Source of the DNA: Sphingomonadaceae bacterium
GTDB taxonomy: Bacteria; Pseudomonadota; Gammaproteobacteria; Burkholderiales; SG8-39
Length of the DNA: 58,124 bases
Reading direction: 5' to 3'
NCBI GenBank assembly: GCA_050257375.1
Contig: JBLMWT010000060.1
Coordinates: forward strand, 1 to 58,124
The notes beneath the pieces are model-generated. The model searched no databases. It was not told where the DNA came from and saw only the letters and a list, made by a program, of their open reading frames with translations. Every line of letters begins with the position of its first letter. Positions within the stretch are counted from its first letter, which is position 1. A program made the translations under genes and the position numbers. Shown here in pieces: positions 13,918-22,294 of this stretch.

Positions 13918-14362
13918 GATCTGCAATCGCGAGGTCGTGTTCGCCAGGGCGAACGAGAGCGTGCTCTCCGCGGCGCTGCTGATGCGCGAGCATCACGTCG
14001 GCAGCCTGGTGGTGATCGAGGAGTCCGCCGGCAGGCGTGTTCCGGCCGGCGTGCTGACCGACCGCGACATCGCGGTCGGCGTGGTCGCTCTCGGCTTGGA
14101 CCCCGCGGCGACCCTGGTCGGCGCCGTGATGGGCCCGGAAGTGGTCGTCGTGCGCGAGGACGCGGGCGTGGCCGACACCGTCGCGCTGATGCGGCAGAAG
14201 GGCCTGCGCCGCCTGCCGGTAGTGGACCGTGCGGGCGGGCTGGTGGGCCTGGTCGCGGCCGACGACCTGCTCGAGCTTTTGGCCGAGGAGATGGGCGGCC
14301 TCGCCGCCATCGTGGCGCGCGAGCAGCGGCGCGAAACCGAGCAGCGGCGCGCGCTACCCTGA
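13904..14362 (+). CDS. CBS-domain pair protein, similar to M. tuberculosis hypoxic response protein 1 (Rv2626c)
   Basis: GTG at 13904 is preceded by GAAGGGAGGG. GVLTDRDIAVGVVALGLDPAATLVG resembles the remembered Hrp1 segment GMLTDRDIVIKGLAAGLDP. A second CBS repeat is RRLPVVDRAGGLVGLV. Confidence 0.8.
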   Translation: MAIGEICNREVVFARANESVLSAALLMREHHVGSLVVIEESAGRRVPAGVLTDRDIAVGVVALGLDPAATLVGAVMGPEVVVVREDAGVADTVALMRQKGLRRLPVVDRAGGLVGLVAADDLLELLAEEMGGLAAIVAREQRRETEQRRALP

Positions 14363-15781
14363 GCCACCGCGTCCGCCGCGGCGGCGCGCGTACAGCTCGC
14401 GAAAGGTGCGCCCCTCGGGCGCGGGCATGTCGCGCCCGAGCGTCCAGCCCGAGCCGAGCGGCAGCCTGGAGATGCGGCCCCGCGCACCGCCCATCAGCTT
14501 GAGCGCACGCACCGCGACCGCGGTGCCTAGGGCGTACAGGCGCGGGCGCTTCGCGGCGAACGCCCACAGCGCAAAACCGGCGCGCTCGCGCCACGGGCGC
14601 AAGCGAGCGGCCATCTGTCGCTCGCGCAGCTTGCGCAGCAATTCCGGCAGCGGGATCTGCACCGGGCAGGCGACGTGGCAAGCGCCGCACAAGGTCGCCG
14701 CCTGCGGCAGATCGAGTGCGTTCTCGATGCCCTGGTACACGGGCGTGAGCACCGAGCCCATCGGACCCGGATAAACCCAACCGTAAGCGTGCCCGCCGAC
14801 CGCCTTGAAAACCGGACAGTGATTCATGCAAGCGCCGCAGCGGATGCAGCGCAGCATCTGTTGCATATCGCCACCGAGAAAACGCGTGCGCCCGGCGTCG
14901 ACCAGAATCACATACATGTGCTCGGGGCCGTCGAGGTCGCCCTCGCGCCGCGGACCGGTGACGATCGTGAAATAGTTTTCGATCTCCTGCCCGGTCGCCG
15001 AACGCGGCAGCACGCGGTTCAGCGTGGAGAGATCCTCGAGCGTCGGGATCACCTTTTCGATGCCGGTGATGGCCACATGCACGCCGGGCAGCGTCGTCAC
15101 CATGCGGCCGTTGCCCTCGTTGGTCACCAGCGCGACCGAGCCTGTCTCGGCGACCAGGAAATTCCCCCCGGAGATGCCGAGATCGGCGGTGAGGAAGTGC
15201 CCGCGCAGCATCTGGCGTGCCTCGTCGGTCATGGCGCGGACGTCGTCGAGCCGAGGGCGCCGATGGTGCTCGGCGAACAGATCGGCGACCTGATCCTTGT
15301 CCTTGTGGATCGCCGGCGCAATGATGTGCGAAGGTGGCTCTTTCGCGAGCTGGATGATGTATTCGCCAAGGTCAGTCTCGACGGGCTGCACTCCGTGCGC
15401 CTCGAGCGCTTGGTTCAGGCCCGCTTCCTCCGAGACCATGGACTTGGACTTGATGGCCTTCTTCAGGCCGTGGCGCGAGCAGATCTCGAGCACGTGACGT
15501 CGCACCTCGGCCGTGTCCTTCGCCCACAGCACCTTGGTGCCGCGCCGGGTCGCCTCGGCTTCGAAACGCAAGAGCCACGCGTCGAGCGCGCCGAGTGCGC
15601 GCTCGCGGATCGCGGCGCTCGCAGTGCGCAGCGCTTCGAACGCTTCCACACCGTAGGCTTCGCGCGCCGCCGCGCGCTTCTCGGCGAAACCGCTGCCGAA
15701 GCGCTTCAGCACGCTCTGCAGTCGCGCGTCTTCGAGTGCGCCGTGCGCGCGCGCGTGGAAGTGCATCGACTGCACGCGCAT
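14354..15781 (-). CDS. lutB: lactate utilization protein B (LutB/LldF/YkgF, 4Fe-4S protein)
   Basis: The start MRVQSMHFHA at 15781 is in frame with ORF 14354..16102. It has the CIRCGACMNHCP ferredoxin motif and a typical length of 475 aa. Confidence 0.9.
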   Translation of the reverse strand: MRVQSMHFHARAHGALEDARLQSVLKRFGSGFAEKRAAAREAYGVEAFEALRTASAAIRERALGALDAWLLRFEAEATRRGTKVLWAKDTAEVRRHVLEICSRHGLKKAIKSKSMVSEEAGLNQALEAHGVQPVETDLGEYIIQLAKEPPSHIIAPAIHKDKDQVADLFAEHHRRPRLDDVRAMTDEARQMLRGHFLTADLGISGGNFLVAETGSVALVTNEGNGRMVTTLPGVHVAITGIEKVIPTLEDLSTLNRVLPRSATGQEIENYFTIVTGPRREGDLDGPEHMYVILVDAGRTRFLGGDMQQMLRCIRCGACMNHCPVFKAVGGHAYGWVYPGPMGSVLTPVYQGIENALDLPQAATLCGACHVACPVQIPLPELLRKLRERQMAARLRPWRERAGFALWAFAAKRPRLYALGTAVAVRALKLMGGARGRISRLPLGSGWTLGRDMPAPEGRTFRELYARRRGGRGGSG

Positions 15782-16524
15782 CAGCCGCGCTCCTCGCCGG
15801 CGAGCATCTCGGCGATGTGCAGCACGCGCGTGCGCTCGTCGCCGCGGCGCCGCAGCCGCCCCTCGATGTTCAGCATGCAGCCCAGGTCGCCCAGCACCAC
15901 GGCGTCGGCGCCCGAGGCGGCGATGTTCTCGCACTTCGCTTCGGCGATCGCGGCCGCGACGTCGCCGAATTTGATCGAGAATGTGCCGCCGAAGCCGCAG
16001 CATTCCTCGCAATTCTTCATTTCCTTGAGTGCAACGCCGGGCATGCCTGCGAGCAACCGGCGCGGCTGCTGCTTGACGCCCAGCTCGCGCAGACCCGAGC
16101 ACGAGTCGTGGTAGGTGACGGTGCCGCGGAAATCACCCGGCACGCGATCCAGCCGCGCCACGTTCACCAGGAAATCGGTGAGCTCCCAGGTCTTCGCCGC
16201 GAGACGATCCACGCGTTCGAGCCAGGCGCCTTCGCCCGCGAAAATATCGGGGTAGTGCTGCTTGATCATACCCGCGCACGAACCCGAGGGCACCACCACG
16301 TAGTCGAAACCCTCGAATTCCGCGATCAGCTTTTCCGCGAGCGAGCGCGCCGAGCCGCGCTCGCCGGAGTTCCAGCCGGGCTGGCCGCAGCAGGTCTGCG
16401 TGGCGGGCACCTCGACGACGAAACCAGCCTGCTCGAGCAGCTTCAGCGCTGCGAACCCGATGCGCGGCCGCATCATGTCCACGAGGCAAGTGACGAACAG
16501 ACCGACGCGGCGTCCTGTGCTCAT
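15781..16524 (-). CDS. lutA: lactate utilization protein A (LutA/LldE/YkgE, CCG-domain Fe-S oxidoreductase)
   Basis: 247 aa, with VGLFVTCLVD, CCGQPGWNSG and CCGFGGTF cysteine-rich motifs. Confidence 0.9.
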   Translation of the reverse strand: MSTGRRVGLFVTCLVDMMRPRIGFAALKLLEQAGFVVEVPATQTCCGQPGWNSGERGSARSLAEKLIAEFEGFDYVVVPSGSCAGMIKQHYPDIFAGEGAWLERVDRLAAKTWELTDFLVNVARLDRVPGDFRGTVTYHDSCSGLRELGVKQQPRRLLAGMPGVALKEMKNCEECCGFGGTFSIKFGDVAAAIAEAKCENIAASGADAVVLGDLGCMLNIEGRLRRRGDERTRVLHIAEMLAGEERG

Positions 16525-16545
16525 GGCAGGGCGGAGGATAGCACT

Positions 16546-16556
16546 TCACATTGTGA
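16546..16556. promoter_or_regulatory. palindrome TCACA-T-TGTGA in the lutA/iclR divergent intergenic region (candidate operator)
   Basis: Read directly. It lies 22 nt upstream of the lutA start and 39 nt upstream of the iclR-family start. Confidence 0.4.
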
Positions 16557-16594
16557 GATAGAATTCCCGACTCTCTCGCACGCGCACGCCGCCC

Positions 16595-17386
16595 GTGGCT
16601 ACCAGCAAGGAAGATCAGAAGAGCCCGATCCAGGTGATCGAGCGCATGATGAAGCTGCTCGACGTGCTCGCCGAGCATCCCGAACCCCTCGGTCTCAAGC
16701 AAGTCGCGCAATACGCGGGGCTGCACCCTTCAACCGCCCATCGCATCCTCGCCGCCATGTCGGCCGACCGACTGGTCGATCGGGTCGAGCCCGGCAGCTA
16801 CCGCCTCGGCATGCGCCTGCTCGAGCTGGGCAATCTGGTCAGGTCGCGCATCAGCGTGCGCGAGCTGGCACTGCCGGTGATGCGCGAGCTGCACGCGCAG
16901 ACCGGCGAGACGGTCAACCTCTCGGTGCGCCACGACGACGAGATCGTGTACGTCGAGCGCACGTCGGCGGGGCGCTCGGCGATGCGCGTCGTGCACGCGA
17001 TCGGCACGCGCGCGCCACTGCACTGCACGGCGGCCGGAAAGCTGTTTCTGCTAGAAGAGGGCTTCGCAAAGCTGCGCGACTACGCCAAACGTACCGGCCT
17101 CGCGCCGCATACCAAGAACACGCTCTCCAGCGTTGCGCTGCTCGAGCGCGACCTGGAGCGCGTTCAGCGCCAGGGCTACGCCACCGACAACGAGGAGGCG
17201 GAAATCGGCGTGCGCTGCGTGGCCGCCGGGGTGCGCGATGACGGCGGGCACCTCATCGCGGGGCTGTCGCTGTCCACTCCCGCCGACCGTATGAAGGCGA
17301 ACTGGGGCCCCTTGATCAAGGAAGCCGCCGAGCGCATTTCGCGCGGAGTTGGACACCGCCCGGCGGCGCGCATCGGCGCGGCCTAA
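16595..17386 (+). CDS. IclR-family transcriptional regulator
   Basis: It has an N-terminal wHTH (IERMMKLLDVLAEHPEPLGLKQVAQYAGLHPSTAHRIL) and a C-terminal IclR effector domain. The start is GTG. Confidence 0.85.
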   Translation: MATSKEDQKSPIQVIERMMKLLDVLAEHPEPLGLKQVAQYAGLHPSTAHRILAAMSADRLVDRVEPGSYRLGMRLLELGNLVRSRISVRELALPVMRELHAQTGETVNLSVRHDDEIVYVERTSAGRSAMRVVHAIGTRAPLHCTAAGKLFLLEEGFAKLRDYAKRTGLAPHTKNTLSSVALLERDLERVQRQGYATDNEEAEIGVRCVAAGVRDDGGHLIAGLSLSTPADRMKANWGPLIKEAAERISRGVGHRPAARIGAA

Positions 17387-17392
17387 TCCCCC

Positions 17393-18373
17393 TCACGCCG
17401 CCATCAGGCCGTGCAGCGAAAACTGTCCGCGGCGGTCACGCCATACGCGCGCAGGCCGAAAGCCGGCCTCGGCGGCCAGCGCCTGGAAGCCTTGGATCGA
17501 GTACTTGCATGAATTTTCGGTGTGGATTGTTTCGCCCGGCTCGAAGTCGAAGCGGCTGCGGCCGACGCGCACGGACTGCGCAGTGAGCGAGACCAGGTGC
17601 ATCTCGACGCGAGCCTGCGACGCATTGTAGAAGGCGTAGTGGCGAAAGCGCCGCAGATCGAAGTCGCCGTCCAGCTCGCGGTTGATGCGCACGAGCAGGT
17701 TGAGGTTGAACGCTGCGGTGACACCGCGCGCATCGTTGTACGCGGCGTGCAGCACGTTGGCGTCCTTGACCAGGTCGACTCCCACCAGCATCGCGCCGCG
17801 CGCACCGACTTGAGCGCGCGTCATGCGCAGGAACGCTTCGGCCTCCGATGCCGAAAGATTGCCGATCGTCGAGCCCGGGAAATACACGACGCGGCGTGCG
17901 CTCCTGGCGCCGCGCGCCGCCGGCAGCTTCAGAGGCCGCGAAAAGTCGCCCACTACGCCGTCGATCGTCAGCCACGGATACTCGCGCGCCAGGCGCTGCG
18001 TGCCCTCGCGCAGCGCGGCCTCCGAGATGTCCACCGCGACGTAGCGCGTCGGGCGCAGATGCTCGATCAATAGCCGCGTCTTGATGCCCTCGCCGCTGCC
18101 GTACTCGATCAACTCGCAACCCTGGCCCGCAAAGCGCACGATCTCGGCCAGATGGCGGCGGGTGAGCGACAGCTCGGTCCGCGTGGGGTAGTACTCGCGC
18201 AGACGGCAAATGCGCTCGAACAGGCGGCTGCCCTCGGCGTCGTAAAAGTACTTGGGCGGCAGCGCCTTCTGCGGCCGCGACAGGCCCGCGATGACGTCGT
18301 CTAGAAAGGAGTCTGCCGGAAGTTGCGCGTCGAAGAAGCGGATGCTGCGCGCCGGTCCGGCGGCCGGCTTCAA
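17393..18373 (-). CDS. EgtD-like SAM-dependent (histidine-type) N-alpha-methyltransferase, Methyltransf_33 family
   Basis: It contains YFYDAEGSRLFERICRLREYYPTRTE, ELIEYGSGEG, FPGSTIGN and ENSCKY. The TTG start at 18373 overlaps the upstream stop (TTGA) and gives 326 aa, about the size of EgtD. Confidence 0.78.
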   Translation of the reverse strand: MKPAAGPARSIRFFDAQLPADSFLDDVIAGLSRPQKALPPKYFYDAEGSRLFERICRLREYYPTRTELSLTRRHLAEIVRFAGQGCELIEYGSGEGIKTRLLIEHLRPTRYVAVDISEAALREGTQRLAREYPWLTIDGVVGDFSRPLKLPAARGARSARRVVYFPGSTIGNLSASEAEAFLRMTRAQVGARGAMLVGVDLVKDANVLHAAYNDARGVTAAFNLNLLVRINRELDGDFDLRRFRHYAFYNASQARVEMHLVSLTAQSVRVGRSRFDFEPGETIHTENSCKYSIQGFQALAAEAGFRPARVWRDRRGQFSLHGLMAA

Positions 18374-19239
18374 CCGCGCGAAGCGAGGTACGCGCTGGTT
18401 TCGAGCCACTTGCGAATGCGGTTGGCGTCGCCGAAGCGCGAGTACTTGCCCCAAGAATCGAGCAGCACGACGATCAGGTCCTTCGAGGCAACCCTGACCC
18501 GCATCACCAGGCAGCGCCCGGCTTCGCTGATGTAGCCGGTCTTGGAGAGATAGATGTCCCAGCGCGGATTGCGCACCAGGCGGTTCGTGTTGACGAATGC
18601 AAGCTTTTGGCCGCGGGTCCTCACGACCGCGCGCTCGGTTGTGGTGAATTCCCGGATGAGCGGATAGTCGTCCGCGGCCTTGACCAGCCTGGCGAGATCC
18701 TCGGCGCTCGAGACGTTGCCCGAATCGAGGCCCGTCGGATCGACATAGTGCGTCTCGTGCATGCCGAGCGCGCGCGCCTTGCGATTCATCGCCGCGACGA
18801 ACTCTTCGGTACCGCCCGGATAGGTGCGCCCCAGGGCGGCGGCGGCACGATTCTCCGAAGCCATAAGCGCAAGCAGCAGCAGCTCCCTGCGCGTCAGCCG
18901 CGTGCCGACGCGCAACCGCGAATGCGTGCCTTTCAGATGGTCGATGTCCTCGCGGCTCACGACGATCTCGTCGTTCAGGTCGAGGCCGCGATCGAGGATC
19001 ACCATGGCCGTCATCAGCTTGGTGATCGAGGCAATCGGCGCGACCTGATCGGAGTTCTTCGAGAGGATCGTTTCGCCGCTGTCGGCGTCCTGAACCAGCG
19101 CCACCGAAGAGCGCAGGAACACCTTCCTCTGGTGTTCGAGTTCGCCCGCCTGCGCGAAGCCGACTGTCAGCGCGAGCACCGCGAGCAGCGCAAAGACGGC
19201 CACGATTTTTTCCAGGTGGTGGAGTTTTCTCTCTTGCAT
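18370..19239 (-). CDS. D-alanyl-D-alanine endopeptidase/carboxypeptidase (S11, PBP7/PbpG-like)
   Basis: It has a signal-like N-terminus and the SITK (SxxK), SEN (SxN) and KTG motifs. Confidence 0.85.
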   Translation of the reverse strand: MQERKLHHLEKIVAVFALLAVLALTVGFAQAGELEHQRKVFLRSSVALVQDADSGETILSKNSDQVAPIASITKLMTAMVILDRGLDLNDEIVVSREDIDHLKGTHSRLRVGTRLTRRELLLLALMASENRAAAALGRTYPGGTEEFVAAMNRKARALGMHETHYVDPTGLDSGNVSSAEDLARLVKAADDYPLIREFTTTERAVVRTRGQKLAFVNTNRLVRNPRWDIYLSKTGYISEAGRCLVMRVRVASKDLIVVLLDSWGKYSRFGDANRIRKWLETSAYLASRG

Positions 19240-19356
19240 GGTCGCCGCCCGCTTTCTGGGGTTTTTTCGCAGTGTATAGCAGGGCTTCTCGAAAATGCAA
19301 GCAAAAATAAGGGGCTATCTAGAATACCTCGAAAGTGCGTGAAATTTGCCCTGCCG

Positions 19357-21168
19357 CTAGGCGACCTTCACCCGCTCCAGGGTCTGCTCCGCTTCGGCGA
19401 CCTGCTGCTGCAGCGCCCACATGCGGGCGTATTCGCCCCGCACGGCGAGCAGCTCGCGGTGCGTACCGCGCTCGCTCACCCGGCCGCGGGCAAGCACGAG
19501 GATCTGATCGGCGTCCATGACCGTGGACAGGCGATGCGCGATCACCAGAGTCGTACGTCCCTGGGAGATGCGTTCGAGTTCCGCTTGGATCGCCTTTTCG
19601 GCCTTCGAGTCGAGCGCTGAGGTCGCCTCATCGAAGATCAGGATGCGCGGATTCTTGAGCAGCGCGCGTGCGATCGCGACGCGCTGCTTCTCGCCGCCCG
19701 AAAGCTTCAATCCCCGCTCGCCGACCATCGTCTCGTAGCCCGCGGGCAGCGACTCGATGAAGTCGTGAATGTGCGCCGCGCGTGCGGCCTGGATGACCTC
19801 TTCGTCGCTTGCCTCGGGCCGGCCGTAGCGGATGTTGTAGCGGATCGTGTCGTTGAAGAGAACCGTGTCCTGCGGCACGATGCCGATCGCGGCGCGTAGC
19901 GACTTCTGAGTGAGGTCTCGGACGTCAACACCGTTGGCCAGGATGGCTCCGCCGCCCACGTCGTAGAAGCGGTACAGCAGCCGTGCGAGCGTCGACTTGC
20001 CCGAGCCCGAGTGGCCTACGACTGCGACGCGGTGCCCTGCGGGAATGGTGAAGCTCACCCCGTACAGGATCTGGCGCGCCGGCTCGTAGGAGAAGTCCAC
20101 GTCGCGGAATTCGACCGTGGCGGGCCCTGCAGGCAGGTCGGCGGCGCCGGGGCGGTCCTCGATCTCGCGGTGCTCGGTGAGCAGGCGGAACATGCGGTCC
20201 ACGTCGATGAGCGCCTGCTTGATCTCGCGGTACACCATGCCGAGGAAGTTGAGCGGGATGTAGAGCTGGATCAGCAATCCATTCACCAGCACGAGATCGC
20301 CCAGCGTGAACGCCTTACTGACCACCCCTTGCGCGGCGAGATACATGAGCGCCGTCACCGCGATCGCTATGATGAACGACTGGCCGATGTTGAGCAGGCC
20401 GAGCGAGGCCTCGTTCTGCACCGCGGCGGTCTCGTACTTGCGCAGGTTCTCGTCGTAGCGGCGCGCCTCGAACTCCTCGTTGCCGAAGTACTTCACCGTC
20501 TCGTAATTGAGCAGGCTGTCGATGGCTCGCGTGTTGGCCTTCGAATCGAGCTCGTTCGCGCGGCGCCGGATCTCCATGCGCCACTCGGTCACCAGCACGG
20601 TGAAGGTGAGGTACAGGGCGACCGCGCCGAAGGTTACGGCGGCGAAGCGCCAGTCGAATTTCTTCAGCAGCACGCCAGCGACCAGCGCGAACTCGAGGAT
20701 CACGGGAATGATGGAGAACAGCAGGTACGACAGCAGCGTCGAAATACCGCGTGTACCTCGCTCGATGTCGCGCGACATGCCGCCGGTCTGGCGCTCGAGG
20801 TGAAACCTGAGCGACAGGCCGTGCAAATGCCGGAACACGCCGAGCGCTACGCGCCGGATGGCGCGCTGCGTCACGCGCACGAACACCACGTCGCGTAACT
20901 CACCGAACAGCGTCGTCGAGAAGCGCAGTACGCCGTAGATCGCCAGCAGTGCGATTGGCACGACGAGCACGGCGGTGCGCGCGTCGAGACTGTCGACCAG
21001 CCGCTTCATGACGAGGGGCACGCCGACGTTGGCGAGCTTGGCGAACACGAGGCAGCCGAGCGCGGCTGCCACGCGCCACTTGTATTCGAGCAGGTACGGG
21101 ACCAGCAAACGCAACGCGCGCCACTCCGATCCGGAGAGCCGTTGCGTCGGGGCGGAGTGATGGGCCAT
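19357..21168 (-). CDS. ABC transporter, fused permease/ATPase, Atm1/ABCB7/HMT1-like exporter
   Basis: 603 aa, with a six-TM N-terminal half, Walker A GHSGSGKST and the signature LSGGEKQR. Confidence 0.9.
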   Translation of the reverse strand: MAHHSAPTQRLSGSEWRALRLLVPYLLEYKWRVAAALGCLVFAKLANVGVPLVMKRLVDSLDARTAVLVVPIALLAIYGVLRFSTTLFGELRDVVFVRVTQRAIRRVALGVFRHLHGLSLRFHLERQTGGMSRDIERGTRGISTLLSYLLFSIIPVILEFALVAGVLLKKFDWRFAAVTFGAVALYLTFTVLVTEWRMEIRRRANELDSKANTRAIDSLLNYETVKYFGNEEFEARRYDENLRKYETAAVQNEASLGLLNIGQSFIIAIAVTALMYLAAQGVVSKAFTLGDLVLVNGLLIQLYIPLNFLGMVYREIKQALIDVDRMFRLLTEHREIEDRPGAADLPAGPATVEFRDVDFSYEPARQILYGVSFTIPAGHRVAVVGHSGSGKSTLARLLYRFYDVGGGAILANGVDVRDLTQKSLRAAIGIVPQDTVLFNDTIRYNIRYGRPEASDEEVIQAARAAHIHDFIESLPAGYETMVGERGLKLSGGEKQRVAIARALLKNPRILIFDEATSALDSKAEKAIQAELERISQGRTTLVIAHRLSTVMDADQILVLARGRVSERGTHRELLAVRGEYARMWALQQQVAEAEQTLERVKVA

Positions 21169-21190
21169 GGCGAGCCCGGGATTCTAAGCG

Positions 21191-21556
21191 CTACGTGCGC
21201 GACCTTCCCTTGCCATAGCGGCGCACGAGGCCGAGCAGCGCGAGCAGCAGCCCGCCGGCGCAATACACGTCGAGCACGAGCGGCAGCGTGATCCAAAGCC
21301 ACGGCCAGTGCACCGTATAGCCCGCCTTGAGGGCCCAGCCCACGGTGAAGAAGGACGCCAGCGAGCCGACGACACCCGGCAGAAATAGAATTCCCGCCAC
21401 GGGCGGCGCGCTGCCTCGGCGCGCGCGCAGCGCCATTCGCCAGGCGTGGAAATTGAGCGCCGCGCCGCCGATGAAGAATAGCCACGCCATCGACAGCAGG
21501 ACGAGGCCCAGCAGGGAGAAACCGGTCATTGGGTTGACGCGGGGCACAGGCCCCAT
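21191..21556 (-). CDS. small hypothetical membrane protein (3-4 TM)
   Basis: A hydrophobic ORF directly upstream of the ABC gene. An alternative start is at 21529 (MTGFSLLG). I recognise no family. Confidence 0.45.
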   Translation of the reverse strand: MGPVPRVNPMTGFSLLGLVLLSMAWLFFIGGAALNFHAWRMALRARRGSAPPVAGILFLPGVVGSLASFFTVGWALKAGYTVHWPWLWITLPLVLDVYCAGGLLLALLGLVRRYGKGRSRT

Positions 21557-21563
21557 CTATCAT

Positions 21564-21579
21564 TCAAACGTTCGTTTGA
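21564..21579. promoter_or_regulatory. inverted repeat TCAAACG-TT-CGTTTGA (candidate TetR operator)
   Basis: Read directly. It lies 20 nt upstream of the tetR-family ATG (21599) in a 42-bp divergent spacer. Confidence 0.55.
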
Positions 21580-21598
21580 TTCTTTCCAGGGCACCGCC

Positions 21599-22282
21599 AT
21601 GTCCCTCCTCGCCGTAAAGCCCCAGCACGAGACTCGCACGCGCATCCTCGACGCCGCCGAATCGCTATTCATGCAGCATGGATTCGAGGCTACCTCGATG
21701 CGCCTGCTGACTTCGACCGCCGGCGTCAACCTCGCCGCCGTCAATTATCACTTCGGCTCCAAGGACGCGCTCATCGAAGCGTTGTTCCGGCGGCGCCTCG
21801 ATCCGATGAACGCCGAGCGCGTCGCGGCGCTCGATCAGCTGGAGCGCGAAGCAGCCGGCGCACCGCTGCCGCCCGAGCGCATCATCCGAGTGTTCGTTCG
21901 GCCCAGCCTGCGCATGATCGAAGACACCGCCGGCGGCGGGCGCAATTTCATCCGCCTGCTGGGACGCACCTACACGGAGCCGGCCGCGCCGATCCGCTCG
22001 CTGATCGGCCAGCTCTATGCGCCCGCCATGGAACGCTTCAAGCAAGCATTCGTCAGGGCCTTGCCCGAGCTGCCGCGCGACGAGCTGGTGTGGCGTATGC
22101 ACTTCATGTTCGGCACGCTGTCCTACACGCTCGCCGCGACCGACACGGTTCAGTTGATCGCCGGCTGCAAGCCGGAGGATCGTTACGACGCGCGGCTGCT
22201 GGAAGAGCGCCTGGCCGCGTTTCTGACCGCGGGCCTGTGCGCGCCGCTGCCGGAGCGGTGCGACGTCAAGATCGCCGCATAG
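21599..22282 (+). CDS. TetR/AcrR-family transcriptional regulator
   Basis: It has the N-terminal HTH TRTRILDAAESLFMQHGFEATSMRLLTSTAGVNLAAVNYHF. Confidence 0.87.
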   Translation: MSLLAVKPQHETRTRILDAAESLFMQHGFEATSMRLLTSTAGVNLAAVNYHFGSKDALIEALFRRRLDPMNAERVAALDQLEREAAGAPLPPERIIRVFVRPSLRMIEDTAGGGRNFIRLLGRTYTEPAAPIRSLIGQLYAPAMERFKQAFVRALPELPRDELVWRMHFMFGTLSYTLAATDTVQLIAGCKPEDRYDARLLEERLAAFLTAGLCAPLPERCDVKIAA

Positions 22283-22294
22283 AGAAAGAGGGGG

